From Elusimicrobiota bacterium (GTDB lineage Bacteria > Elusimicrobiota > Elusimicrobia > UBA1565 > UBA9628), in contig DAHVNA010000001.1 of NCBI GenBank assembly GCA_027319565.1, positions 75,526 to 139,525 of the forward strand: a stretch of DNA of 64,000 nucleotides, written 5' to 3'. The notes below the pieces were generated by a model that did no database searches, was not told where the DNA came from, and saw nothing but the letters and a program-made list of their open reading frames with translations. The position numbers were made by a program, and so were the translations under genes. Below, one piece after another: positions 1 to 9,543 of the stretch (position 1 is the stretch's first letter; each line of letters opens with the position of its first letter).

Positions 1-1286
1 TCTTGAGGCGTTCCATAAACGACCGATAAAACCGTCGTCGCCATGCCGATAAAAACCGCGGCCAGAAAAATGACAAAGCCAAAAGCCGCCCCAAAATGCC
101 CGCTATCCAGCGCGGAGCGCAAAATTCCAAATTCGCTGACAAAAGAGGCGAAGGGCGGGGAACCCGTAATCGCGATAAATCCCAACAAGAAAAGAGCCGC
201 CGAGATGGGCACGCGGCCTAAGGCCCCGCGGGCGTGATCCATGGTTTTTCCGCCAAAGGCGCGGTGGATATTTCCCGCCGATAGAAAGAGGGCTCCCTTG
301 GTCAGTCCGTTGTTGATAAGATGCAACAGCGCGAAAAAAGTTCCCATGGGGCCCAGCCCCACGCCCAAGACGAGAATTCCCATATTCTCGACGCTCGAAT
401 AGGCGAGCATCCTTTTAAAGTCGCGTTGCCCGATCACGAATACGGCGGCCGTCGCCATGGACAAAAGGCCGATTAGGATTAAAAGTCCCTGGGCAAATTC
501 CAGAAGTCCGGCGGACGAGCAGATTTGAAATATCCGAAGGATTCCTAAAAAGGGGCAACTGGTCATGACTCCCGCCAAAACTCCTCCGGCGACTCCCGGT
601 GCCTCGCCGTAAGCGTCGGGCTTCCAGGAGTGAAGCGGGGAAAGCCCCATTTTGGTTCCGTAGCCGACTAGTAGAAAGATAAACGCGCCCTTAAGCCAGG
701 GAAGAGACAAGATGCGCGCGTGGAGAATCAAAGAATCAATGACGAGAGGATCAGATTTAACGGCGTTAGCGGGCGTGGCTAAAGCCAGAAAAAAAGTTCC
801 CAGTAGCGCAAGCCCGATGCCGAGAGAACCCATCATCAAATATTTCCACGTAGCCTCTAAAGATCTCTGATTATGGTTAAAGTAAATCAGGGGAGCCGAG
901 GCCAGTGTCAGCGCTTCCATTCCGACCCACAAAAGCCCCATCTGCCGACTGACGCAGACAAGGCTTGCGGCGGATAAAATAAAAGCGAGAGAAGCCGTAA
1001 AAAGGCGATTGGGGCGCTCTTTTCTTAAGCGCAGATACTCAAGGCAGTAAATCGAAAAAACCAAAAGCATCGCGCTGGACAAACTCAAAACGATGAGCCC
1101 CGCTTCATCCAAGCCAAACCAGCCCAAGGGGGAAGGCGTTGGAATCGTCTTCCAGCAGGCGATGACCAAGGACAGGTGAATTGAAAATCCCAACGGCAAA
1201 ATCCAAGGGCGCCAATCGTCGTTTTTGACGAGAAGAGACGAAAGACCCATCAAGGCGGGGATTCCCACTAAGCAAAGATAAATCAT
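1..1286 (-). CDS. hyfF: Hydrogenase-4 component F-like proton-conducting membrane subunit (runs off window start)
   Basis: Manual translation from ATG at 1286: MIYLCLVGIP...SLEATWKYLMMGSLGIGLALLG...GYGTKMGLSPLHSWKPDAYGEAP...MLAYSSVENMG, the HyfF/NuoN-family motifs; follows hyfE. Not in the ORF track because it has no stop in the window. Confidence 0.88.
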   Translation of the reverse strand, partial: MIYLCLVGIPALMGLSSLLVKNDDWRPWILPLGFSIHLSLVIACWKTIPTPSPLGWFGLDEAGLIVLSLSSAMLLVFSIYCLEYLRLRKERPNRLFTASLAFILSAASLVCVSRQMGLLWVGMEALTLASAPLIYFNHNQRSLEATWKYLMMGSLGIGLALLGTFFLALATPANAVKSDPLVIDSLILHARILSLPWLKGAFIFLLVGYGTKMGLSPLHSWKPDAYGEAPGVAGGVLAGVMTSCPFLGILRIFQICSSAGLLEFAQGLLILIGLLSMATAAVFVIGQRDFKRMLAYSSVENMGILVLGVGLGPMGTFFALLHLINNGLTKGALFLSAGNIHRAFGGKTMDHARGALGRVPISAALFLLGFIAITGSPPFASFVSEFGILRSALDSGHFGAAFGFVIFLAAVFIGMATTVLSVVYGTPQ

Positions 1287-1302
1287 GATATTTTCGAGTT
1301 TC

Positions 1303-1947
1303 TTAATCTCCCAAATTCGTCAAATTTTCCGTGTTAATCGAATCAAAGGCGCGGGCGATATGGTTGATGACAATCCCCATGACAAAGACGGCGACAAAAA
1401 CGTCTAAAAGGACCCCCATCTCGATGAGCCAGGGCGCTTGATAAGAAATAGCCAGGCCGAAAAGGTAGATTCCGTTTTCAAACATCAAGTATCCAATGAC
1501 CTGGGTCACCGCCTTGACGCGGACGATCATCATCAGCATTCCCATCATCAAGACCGACAAGGAAACCGGAACCAAAAGGCTGGTCCTGATATTGTCCGGA
1601 AGCGGCAGGCGAGCGGCGAGAAGAAAAGAAATGCCAATCAGAAAAGCGCCGATAAGAAGAGAAGAGTTATACCCAATCAACGGCTCCATTTCCCTGCGGA
1701 TTTTGACCTCGCGAATGGCGTAGGATAAAACGCGCGGAATCAAGAAGCCCTTGAGGATAAACATGCCGGAGGCGATCAAAAGAATCTGTATTCCAAAGCC
1801 TTGCCTGTCGATGAGCAAGGGCAAAATCCCCAGACACATTCCCTGAAGCGCGATGATTCTGATGCAGCCGATCAGCGAAGAATTTCCCAGAGCGTAAAAA
1901 CTAAAAAGAGCGATCAAAACCAGGAGGATTTGAGAGAACGCTTGCAT
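1303..1947 (-). CDS. hyfE: Hydrogenase-4 component E-like membrane subunit
   Basis: Hydrophobic; QVIGYLMFENGIY and EMGVLLDVFVAVFVMG motifs. Start moved to MQAFSQ (1947), just after the upstream stop. Confidence 0.85.
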   Translation of the reverse strand: MQAFSQILLVLIALFSFYALGNSSLIGCIRIIALQGMCLGILPLLIDRQGFGIQILLIASGMFILKGFLIPRVLSYAIREVKIRREMEPLIGYNSSLLIGAFLIGISFLLAARLPLPDNIRTSLLVPVSLSVLMMGMLMMIVRVKAVTQVIGYLMFENGIYLFGLAISYQAPWLIEMGVLLDVFVAVFVMGIVINHIARAFDSINTENLTNLGD

Positions 1948-1948
1948 A

Positions 1949-2842
1949 TTATCTCGCCGCCAAAATAAGCCCAAAGGCCGCAAGACAAACGGCGGCAATC
2001 AGAAGCTGCGGCACGCGAATGAGGCGCAAGCGGGCCATGCTCGATTCGATGACTCCGATAAAAATAGCCAAGCCGCACAAGCTGAGAGTCAAGAAAAATG
2101 CGTTTGAGGCGAGGCGCGGCGACAGGAGTCGAATCCATAAAACGCCCATCAACATGAGTTTGAGCTGGGCTCCATATAAAATAAAGGCGAGATCGGGGCC
2201 GGAGTGATCTAGAACCATCACCTCATGGATCATCGTCAATTCAAGGTGGGTGTTGGGGTCGTCCACCGGAATTCGAGAATTTTCCGCCAAGAGAACGATC
2301 AAAAGCCCGCTTCCGGCCAAAAGAACGCTCGGCGCGGGGAAAGATCTTTGGCCGGGTGAGAACATTTGCTTAAGCGACAGGTTTCCGCAATGAACGGCGA
2401 GGCTCGCGAAAATCAGGATGAGCGCCGGTTCGGCGTAGCTGGAAAAAGCCGCTTCGCGGCTGGCCCCCATGCCCTCAAAGCTCGATCCGGTATCTAAGGC
2501 CGCGAGAATTGTGACAAAGCGTGCGAGCGCGAATAAGTAGATGAATAAAATCGCGTCTCCGTTAAAGGAGATGAGCGGCGCGCCAAATAAAGGGACAAGA
2601 GAGGCCGCCATTAACACCGCGGAAAGAGAGAGGACCGGCCCCAGGCGGAACACCCAGCCGCTGGTCTCGCTATAAACGACTCCTTTCCCGAGAAGTTTGA
2701 TCGTGTCATGGAGCGGTTGAAAAACCGGAGCTCCGCGCCGCCCAGCAACAAAGGCCTTGGTCTTGGCGATGAGCCCCAACATCATAGGCGGCATGAACAG
2801 AATCAAAAACAAAATTTTAGGCGCGAAAATTAAAGTTTCCAT
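1949..2842 (-). CDS. hyfC: Hydrogenase-4 component C / NuoH-like membrane subunit
   Basis: GRRGAPVFQP, LDTGSSFEGMGASRE and ENSRIPVDDPNTHLELTMIHEVMVLDHSGPD motifs. Confidence 0.9.
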   Translation of the reverse strand: METLIFAPKILFLILFMPPMMLGLIAKTKAFVAGRRGAPVFQPLHDTIKLLGKGVVYSETSGWVFRLGPVLSLSAVLMAASLVPLFGAPLISFNGDAILFIYLFALARFVTILAALDTGSSFEGMGASREAAFSSYAEPALILIFASLAVHCGNLSLKQMFSPGQRSFPAPSVLLAGSGLLIVLLAENSRIPVDDPNTHLELTMIHEVMVLDHSGPDLAFILYGAQLKLMLMGVLWIRLLSPRLASNAFFLTLSLCGLAIFIGVIESSMARLRLIRVPQLLIAAVCLAAFGLILAAR

Positions 2843-4629
2843 ATTAAAATTGCGATGAGAAAGGCCGCGGCGTAAAGGAGATAAAACTGAAGTTTTCCGC
2901 GTTGAATTTTCTTGGGCCAGGCGATCAGACCCTCAAACGGACTTAACAGCTTGGGAAGCCAGGTCTCAAGAGCGGGATCGGGAACTCTGGAGTGGAAAGA
3001 AGACGATTTCGGCCAATAGCCATTGGGCGCGCGCGATTCTTTTTGTATCAGAAAACCGTCAAAGGTTCTTGTCGCCGGCATGGAATAAGAGGAACCCGTA
3101 TATTGCATGCGCGGAGTTGGAGAGGTAAAACCGCAGGCCCAGGTCGCTCCGGCTTCGGTCGGGCGTTTTTTGAGGGAGGTTTTCTTGATGGCCCAGAAAA
3201 TGGCGATTAGAATCCACAGCAGCGCGCCCATAAGCCCGACTAAGTCCAACAAGGCCGACCATTTTTGAAGATCGGCGGAAAAGAGTAAGGGCGTTGGATG
3301 AGAAATGTTGGAGGCCGCGAAAAAAGCCGCTTTGAGCGCCCAACCCGGGAATAGCCCGATCAATAAGCAAAGAGCCGCCAAAATTCCCATGGGGATCAGC
3401 ATGAGAGAGGAGGGCTCTTTCGCTTTTTGGGCGGATTTTGAGTGCGGTTTTCCCAGGAAAATCAGGCCGTAAAATTTTGTAAATGTTATTACTGCAAATC
3501 CCCCAATCAGAGATAACATCGCGGCGGCTAAAGAGAAAAAAATGATTTCGCGCCGATAATCCATCTGAAGAAAACCGCAATAGAGAAGCCACTCTCCGGT
3601 AAACCCGTTTAAGGGGGGAAGGCCGCAAATAGCCAGGCTTCCAACGGCCGTCAAAGCGGCGACGCGGGGCATTATTTTTTGGAGTCCGCCGCAGGATTCG
3701 ATATCTCTTGTTCCAGTGGCCAGGTAGACGGCTCCCGCCGACAAAAACATCAGCGATTTAAAAAAACCGTGGTTTAAAGTGTGGAGAATCGCGGCGGAAA
3801 AGCCGAGGAGAGACAAAGAGAAATCGCCGCGGGCAAGCCCGTAACAGCCGAGCCCCGCGGCCGCGAGGATAATTCCGATATTTTCAATGCTGCTGTAGGC
3901 CAACAGCCTTTTAAAATCTCTCTGCATGGCCGCGAAGGCGATTCCAAAAAGCGCCGTGAAAAGCCCCAGGACCATCAAAAAAACCGAGGTCGAAATGGAA
4001 ACGGGGCCTAAAATCGAAAAAAATCTCAACAGGCCGTAGAGACCCATTTCAATCATGATGCCGGACATTGCGGCGGAGGCGTGGCTGGGAGCGGCCGGGT
4101 GAGCTTCTTGAAGCCAAATATGGAGCGGCCAAAATCCCGCCTTCATCCCAAAGCCGATTAGAAACAGCCAGAAGACCGACACCCGCTCGAACATGGAAAG
4201 CGGTTTTGCCGCCAAAAGCGCGCCAAACTCAAATGAACCGGCGTTTTTCCATAAAAAAGCGAAGCCCGTTAAGAGGCAGAGAGAACCCGTGTGCGTGCAC
4301 AATAAATATAATTTTCCGGCCTTGCGGACATCCTCTTTTTGATGTTCTAAGGAGACTAATCCAAAGGCGGATAAAGCCATGATTTCCCAACAGACTAGAA
4401 AAAGAACCGCGTTTCGGGCGCAAACTAGAAAAGCCATCGAGACAATGAGAGCCGCGAAAAAAAATCTCGCGGGGGCTTTCGCGATGTGATTAGAGGACGC
4501 GGAAAGATATCCTTCTCCATAGATTCCGGCGCAAAAACCGACGACTAAGACCAAAAAGAGAAACGCCGCCGACAGAGAGTCGATTCCGAGATGAAACACG
4601 GCGCCGGGAAGAGACCAAGGATAAATCAT
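2830..4629 (-). CDS. hyfB: Hydrogenase-4 component B / NuoL-like antiporter-type subunit
   Basis: KAGFWPLHIWLQEAHPAAPSH, KRLLAYSSIENIG, GLPPLNGF and WACG...RMQYT motifs. Confidence 0.9.
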   Translation of the reverse strand: MIYPWSLPGAVFHLGIDSLSAAFLFLVLVVGFCAGIYGEGYLSASSNHIAKAPARFFFAALIVSMAFLVCARNAVLFLVCWEIMALSAFGLVSLEHQKEDVRKAGKLYLLCTHTGSLCLLTGFAFLWKNAGSFEFGALLAAKPLSMFERVSVFWLFLIGFGMKAGFWPLHIWLQEAHPAAPSHASAAMSGIMIEMGLYGLLRFFSILGPVSISTSVFLMVLGLFTALFGIAFAAMQRDFKRLLAYSSIENIGIILAAAGLGCYGLARGDFSLSLLGFSAAILHTLNHGFFKSLMFLSAGAVYLATGTRDIESCGGLQKIMPRVAALTAVGSLAICGLPPLNGFTGEWLLYCGFLQMDYRREIIFFSLAAAMLSLIGGFAVITFTKFYGLIFLGKPHSKSAQKAKEPSSLMLIPMGILAALCLLIGLFPGWALKAAFFAASNISHPTPLLFSADLQKWSALLDLVGLMGALLWILIAIFWAIKKTSLKKRPTEAGATWACGFTSPTPRMQYTGSSYSMPATRTFDGFLIQKESRAPNGYWPKSSSFHSRVPDPALETWLPKLLSPFEGLIAWPKKIQRGKLQFYLLYAAAFLIAILIWKL

Positions 4630-5291
4630 GGGCGCGGGTTAAAACTCCTTAGGATCAGAAGAATTTCCTCGGCGCTTGAGCGTCGGTCAAGCCTCTTGAG
4701 AAAATCAGGACGATGAAGGGCCTGCGCGATTTGAGAAAGAATCAAGAGATGAGCGCGGATAGTCGGGCTGAGCAAGACAAAAACGACTTTAGATAGAATC
4801 AATTCGCCGCCGGGGCTCTTTTTAAACGGAATCATCTCTTTTAAAAAACAGAGAGTTAAAACGGGTTTTTCGATTCCAAAAATAAGCGGGCTGCGCGCGT
4901 GCGGGAGAGCGATTCCATTGAGGACGGTCATCTGCTTGTTTTGTTCCAGGAGAACCTTAAGCGCCAGGGCCCGGTCTTGGGAATTGGACAAGGGCAGAAG
5001 CTCGCAAATATGGGTCAAGACCGCCTTTGAGTCCTCGCCCGCGATGTCGTAATGGATATTTCCCTCTAAAAGGGAATCTAACGAGCCAGCGAAGGTCTCT
5101 TCCCCCGGAATTGAGTAAAGAGTCTTCGCCGGAATGTTGTGATGATTGGCCCACTCCAACAAATCCACCCGATTAATTCGGTATCGGCCGTTGATCATGA
5201 TCGCCGGCAGGCGACGGTCTTTGATAAAACGCGAAATTTCCGATTCGGGAATATCGAGAATTTTCGCGGCTTCTCCCAAACTTAAATCCAT
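4626..5291 (-). CDS. Excisionase-like HTH plus PTS EIIA (Ntr/fructose-type) domain regulator
   Basis: N-terminal HTH_17-like segment (LGEAAKILDIPESEISRFIKDRRLPA); C-terminal GIALPHAR with the phospho-His position retained; ATGA overlap with hyfB. Confidence 0.85.
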   Translation of the reverse strand: MDLSLGEAAKILDIPESEISRFIKDRRLPAIMINGRYRINRVDLLEWANHHNIPAKTLYSIPGEETFAGSLDSLLEGNIHYDIAGEDSKAVLTHICELLPLSNSQDRALALKVLLEQNKQMTVLNGIALPHARSPLIFGIEKPVLTLCFLKEMIPFKKSPGGELILSKVVFVLLSPTIRAHLLILSQIAQALHRPDFLKRLDRRSSAEEILLILRSFNPRP

Positions 5292-5505
5292 CGGGCTTCA
5301 GCGTTGGAAGCGGGTGTAAAACCAGGAGACCAAAAATTGATCGGCTTTAGGGCTGACTTTTCCAAGACCTTTTTTCATCGCAGGGTGACAATTTTTATTT
5401 TAACATTAATTGTTTTTAGAATCAATGCATATATGGTGATTTATTCATATATAGTCGAAATACGCGCCTCTAAGCGCTAACTGCTAGGCCGCGGCCAGGA
5501 TCACG

Positions 5506-7392
5506 CTACAGGCATTTTTCATGCCAGAGTTCGAGCATTAAAAGAGCCCACAGGCGATATCCATGATCGCGCCTTGCGCTCTGATGCTCTTCCCACAGCT
5601 TGAGGAGGGCTTTTTCCGCGAAATATCCGCGCGCAAGAGCTTGCGGACTAAGAACATGGGCTTCCCAGAAATTTTTGAGCGGTCCCCTAAACCATGTTCC
5701 CAGCGGAATCCCAAAGCCCATTTTTTTTCGGTTCAAGATGGAAGGGGGAAGCTTGTCTTTAAAGGCTTCTTTTAAAATCCATTTATGGCCGCGCAGTCCC
5801 TTGAGTTTCCAGTTTCCGGGCAGGCCAAAGACGAGCTCCACGAACTCATGATCCAGAAAGGGCGAGCGCGCCTCGAGAGAATTAGCCATAGAAGCGATGT
5901 CAACCTTGGTCATCAGACACTCCGGAAGGTAGGTCTTAAAATCAACGTAGAGCATCTGATTGACGAAATCTTCTTTCTTTGAGCGTTCAAAATAATCGGC
6001 GAAATAGCGCGCGGCTTGATCTTGGGTCCCAAGGCGCTTTAGAAACTCCGGCTGATAAAGGCCGGTTTTGTCTTCCTCGGAAAAAAATCCGATCATCTTA
6101 AGATGGCGGTGGGAAATATCGCTAAACACGGCGGAGCGGAAAAACCGCTTGAGCCTCCAGAAAAAACCGTAAGGCGCGTCGTATTCCGGAAGATTTTCGG
6201 CGGCGGCTTTAAGCGCGCTTAGGGCGGAAGGCGGCAGATGATCGAAAATTTTTCCCAGTTTCATCGCGAAATAGCGGATGTAACCCGCGAAATTCTCGTC
6301 TCCCCCGTCTCCGTTTAAGGCGACGGTGACATGTTTTCGGGTTTCTTGGGAGACGTAATAAGAAGGAAGAGCGGAGGGATCGGCATAAGGCTCTCCGTAA
6401 TGCCAGGCGAGTTTGGGCAGAATTTCTGCCATCTGGGGCTTGACGATAAATTCGGCGTGTTCGCAGGCGTATTTTTCGGCGATTTGGCGCGCGAAAGGCA
6501 GTTCCGAAAATTCTTTTTCGTCAAAGCCGATGGAAAATGTCTTGACCGGACGGGAAGACAATTCGCTCATCAGGGCGACGACAATTGAAGAATCAATCCC
6601 GCCGGATAAAAACGCGCCAAGAGGGACATCCGCAATCATCCGGAGGCGGACCGATTCTTTGAGTTTTTCTCGGATCTGAATTTGGGCCTCTTGCCAGTCA
6701 ATTTTAAGCGGCGGTTTTCCAAGAGGCAGTTCCCAATACGGTTCGACGCTCGTTTGTCCATTTTGATAAACGAGTTTGTGCCCGGGCGGCAGTTTTTTTA
6801 CCCGCGCATAAATGGTTTGGGGCGAGGGGATATACTGCAGGGATAGAAAAAGATCAATGGCCCCGGGGTTAATTTCTTTCGAGATATTCTCAAGAGCGAA
6901 CAGGCAGCGGAGTTCGGAGGCAAAAGCGATAAAACCGCTGTTTTGGTGGTAGACCAAGGGCTTTTTCCCGATTCGGTCTCTCGCGAGAAGAAGGCGTTTT
7001 TTGGGTTTATCCCAAAGGGCGAAGGCGAACATTCCTCTCAGGCGGGAGAGGCACTCATCCCCCATTTTTTTATAGAGGGCCAAGATGACTTCGGTATCGC
7101 TGTGGGTCTTAAATTGAAAGCCCTCGGCCTCAAGCTCCTGTTTGAGCTCCTGAAAATTATAAATCTCGCCGTTAAAGACAATCCAAAGAGACTCATTGTC
7201 GTAAGACAGAGGCTGATGTCCGGTTTTAAGATCGATGACCGACAAACGCCGCATCGCCAGGCCCAAGCCGCTTTCCAGGTGAAAGCCTTCGTCGTCGGGG
7301 CCGCGATGGGAGATTAAATCGTTGGCGGCTTTAAGGCGGCCGGCGTCGACTATGCGTCCGTCTTGGTAGGCTATTCCACAGATTCCACACAT
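5506..7392 (-). CDS. asnB: Asparagine synthase (glutamine-hydrolysing)-family amidotransferase, glycan-cluster type
   Basis: MCGICG N-terminus, HRGPDD, FNGEIYNF, FLSGGIDSS, SLEARSPFLDH. Confidence 0.93.
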   Translation of the reverse strand: MCGICGIAYQDGRIVDAGRLKAANDLISHRGPDDEGFHLESGLGLAMRRLSVIDLKTGHQPLSYDNESLWIVFNGEIYNFQELKQELEAEGFQFKTHSDTEVILALYKKMGDECLSRLRGMFAFALWDKPKKRLLLARDRIGKKPLVYHQNSGFIAFASELRCLFALENISKEINPGAIDLFLSLQYIPSPQTIYARVKKLPPGHKLVYQNGQTSVEPYWELPLGKPPLKIDWQEAQIQIREKLKESVRLRMIADVPLGAFLSGGIDSSIVVALMSELSSRPVKTFSIGFDEKEFSELPFARQIAEKYACEHAEFIVKPQMAEILPKLAWHYGEPYADPSALPSYYVSQETRKHVTVALNGDGGDENFAGYIRYFAMKLGKIFDHLPPSALSALKAAAENLPEYDAPYGFFWRLKRFFRSAVFSDISHRHLKMIGFFSEEDKTGLYQPEFLKRLGTQDQAARYFADYFERSKKEDFVNQMLYVDFKTYLPECLMTKVDIASMANSLEARSPFLDHEFVELVFGLPGNWKLKGLRGHKWILKEAFKDKLPPSILNRKKMGFGIPLGTWFRGPLKNFWEAHVLSPQALARGYFAEKALLKLWEEHQSARRDHGYRLWALLMLELWHEKCL

Positions 7393-7393
7393 A

Positions 7394-8551
7394 TTAATGA
7401 GTTAAAGAGAGTCTATATATTGTCTCATAACGTTCGGCGGTTTTATCTATTGAATAAAATTCTTCAACCCGTTTACGGGCAGCTCTTCCCATTTCTTCCG
7501 CTAAGTGCGGATGGGTCAGAAATTTCGATGTTTGAGCTTGAATCTCTTCCTCGCTGTCGGGGCGAAACAAAAAACCGGTCGTTCCGTCGATGACGGCTTC
7601 GGCGTTTCCGCCCACCCGGCTGGCTAAGGCCGCCAGGCCACAGGCCATCGCTTCTAAAAGCGAATTAGACAAGCCTTCCGCCAATGAGGGGAGAACAAAA
7701 ACATCGGCGGCGGGATAAACGGCGGCTAAATTAGTTTGAGGGGGATAAAAATGAACGCGATCTAAGATGCCGGCTTGCTCGGCGGTTTTCCTGATGGCCT
7801 TTTCCTCAAAGCCTTCTCCAAAGAGAGCCAAAGAGGCTGGAATTTTAGCCTTCTTGATCGCTTCCGCCCAGGCGTCGATAAAAAAAGGAAGATGCTTTTG
7901 CGGGGCGAATCTGCCGGTGTAGAGAAAAACGATATCTTCAAGCGGCAATCTCCATTTCGTGCGCAAAACCTTTTTTGCCGTAGATGAGGGGCGAAATTTT
8001 CGTAGGTCCACCCCATTGGGAATTCTCTGAATGGAAACTTCGCCCAGGTATTTTTTTGCTTCCATTTCTTGTTCGAGAGTCAGCGCGATAAAAGACGGTC
8101 GAAGCAGTTTTAATAGCAGAATTTTTATTTTGCCCAGGAGAGTTTGAGAGGACATTTTCAATTCTCCGAATTCTCCGGCGGCGCCCAGTTTGATAAAGAC
8201 CGGCTTTCGAAAAATTTTTCCTAAAAACGCCGCGGCCAGAGCCGGAGAACTCGCCAGATGGGCGTGAAAAATATCGTAAGAGCGCGCGTTCAAAATTAAG
8301 CGCCAAGAAAGAGAAATCATAAAGCTTAACGAATTTAAAAGTCCGGAGCCAAAACAGCGCAACCGATAAACGGAAATCCCGTTGATTTCCTCAAAACTCT
8401 TAAGTCCTTTCTTTCTTTGAGTGAAAACCGAAACCTTAATTCCCCGATTTTTAAGCGAACTTGCCAATGTCAGCGCTTGCCTTTCGGCTCCGCCAATATG
8501 AGGGTAGAAGTTGGCGCTGATCATTAAAATCGAAAAAGAGGTCTCGGCCAT
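7394..8551 (-). CDS. Glycosyltransferase family 4
   Basis: GGAERQ, RIPNGVD, FVLPSLAEGLSNSLLEAMACG; start MAETSF at 8551 overlaps the upstream TAA. Confidence 0.92.
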   Translation of the reverse strand: MAETSFSILMISANFYPHIGGAERQALTLASSLKNRGIKVSVFTQRKKGLKSFEEINGISVYRLRCFGSGLLNSLSFMISLSWRLILNARSYDIFHAHLASSPALAAAFLGKIFRKPVFIKLGAAGEFGELKMSSQTLLGKIKILLLKLLRPSFIALTLEQEMEAKKYLGEVSIQRIPNGVDLRKFRPSSTAKKVLRTKWRLPLEDIVFLYTGRFAPQKHLPFFIDAWAEAIKKAKIPASLALFGEGFEEKAIRKTAEQAGILDRVHFYPPQTNLAAVYPAADVFVLPSLAEGLSNSLLEAMACGLAALASRVGGNAEAVIDGTTGFLFRPDSEEEIQAQTSKFLTHPHLAEEMGRAARKRVEEFYSIDKTAERYETIYRLSLTH

Positions 8552-9543
8552 TAATTTTTTTCCTTGAGGACGCTGGTTTGAGCGGAGATGTCGGCCAGCG
8601 AAAATCCTATTTGTGAAAGACAAAAAAGACCGAAGAAAGTCACCGTTAAATACATGGCCGCATGGGTCAAGAGGGCGAAAGCCAGCGAAGAATCGAGGGG
8701 AGTTTTGAGCTTGAGCATGATATTTTCAACCAGGACCTCAAAAGCGCCGAAACTTCCCGGAGCGGCGGGCAAGGCCGAGGCAGCGGCGGCCCAGGACAAA
8801 ACCAAGATAGAACCCGGATATCCGAGAGAAATTCCTAGGGCCTTGGCCCCGGTCCAGTAGGTCAATGCGTCGGCGCACCACAGGGCAAGGCTTAAGGCAA
8901 CGCAGATCGAGGCGGTTTTTATATTTTTAAGCGCGGCGGCTCCGTTAAAGAGACCTTCAAACATCTCGGAAACCTTGGGCCATCGGGAAAAATAACGGTT
9001 GACTAGCGAGATTAAAAAATTCTTTTTTTCCTCGGCAAAGATTAAAAAAATCAGTCCGCCAATGGTGAGAAAAAGAAAGAAGAGGACGGAGTGGCGCAGC
9101 GTTTGCGGGACTAGCTTGGGATAAAAAGGCGCGACCATGGTAAAAAGAAAAAGCAAGGAGGCTAAATCGAGAACTCGTTCGATGGCGACGCTAGACAGGC
9201 TTGCGCTTAAGGGAATTTCTAATTCCCGGCCGGCTAAAACCGCGCGCGCAAGTTCCCCTAAACGCATGAAAAGGACATTATTGACGGCAAGTCCCGCGGC
9301 CTCCAAACAGAGAAGCTTGGCCGGAGACGCTTGCGGACTGACAAAGAAAAGAAGGGCTTTCCATCTCAACGCGCGGATAAAGAGATCGAGAAATATGATA
9401 GATAACATGGCTAATATCCATTGCGGGCGGGCGCGGGCGAGAATTTCTAAAAGAGCGGGCAGCGGCACATGCCGAAACGCCAGCCAAATAAACAGGGCGC
9501 TCAAGGAAATCGAGAGAACCACGAATAGATGCCGGCGATTCAT
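8551..9543 (-). CDS. Flippase-like membrane protein (UPF0104 / lysylphosphatidylglycerol synthase TM domain, AglD2-like)
   Basis: RALRWK, NNVLFMRLGELAR, SSVAIERVLD and PAAPGSFGAFE motifs; start MNRRHLF coupled to the upstream stop. Confidence 0.85.
   Translation of the reverse strand: MNRRHLFVVLSISLSALFIWLAFRHVPLPALLEILARARPQWILAMLSIIFLDLFIRALRWKALLFFVSPQASPAKLLCLEAAGLAVNNVLFMRLGELARAVLAGRELEIPLSASLSSVAIERVLDLASLLFLFTMVAPFYPKLVPQTLRHSVLFFLFLTIGGLIFLIFAEEKKNFLISLVNRYFSRWPKVSEMFEGLFNGAAALKNIKTASICVALSLALWCADALTYWTGAKALGISLGYPGSILVLSWAAAASALPAAPGSFGAFEVLVENIMLKLKTPLDSSLAFALLTHAAMYLTVTFFGLFCLSQIGFSLADISAQTSVLKEKN

Noticed and set aside
4626..5291. Phage excisionase
   Set aside because: The HTH is fused to PTS EIIA inside a metabolic operon
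5506..7392. Lasso-peptide cyclase
   Set aside because: Intact N-terminal Cys glutaminase domain, glycan-cluster context, and no B protein or precursor
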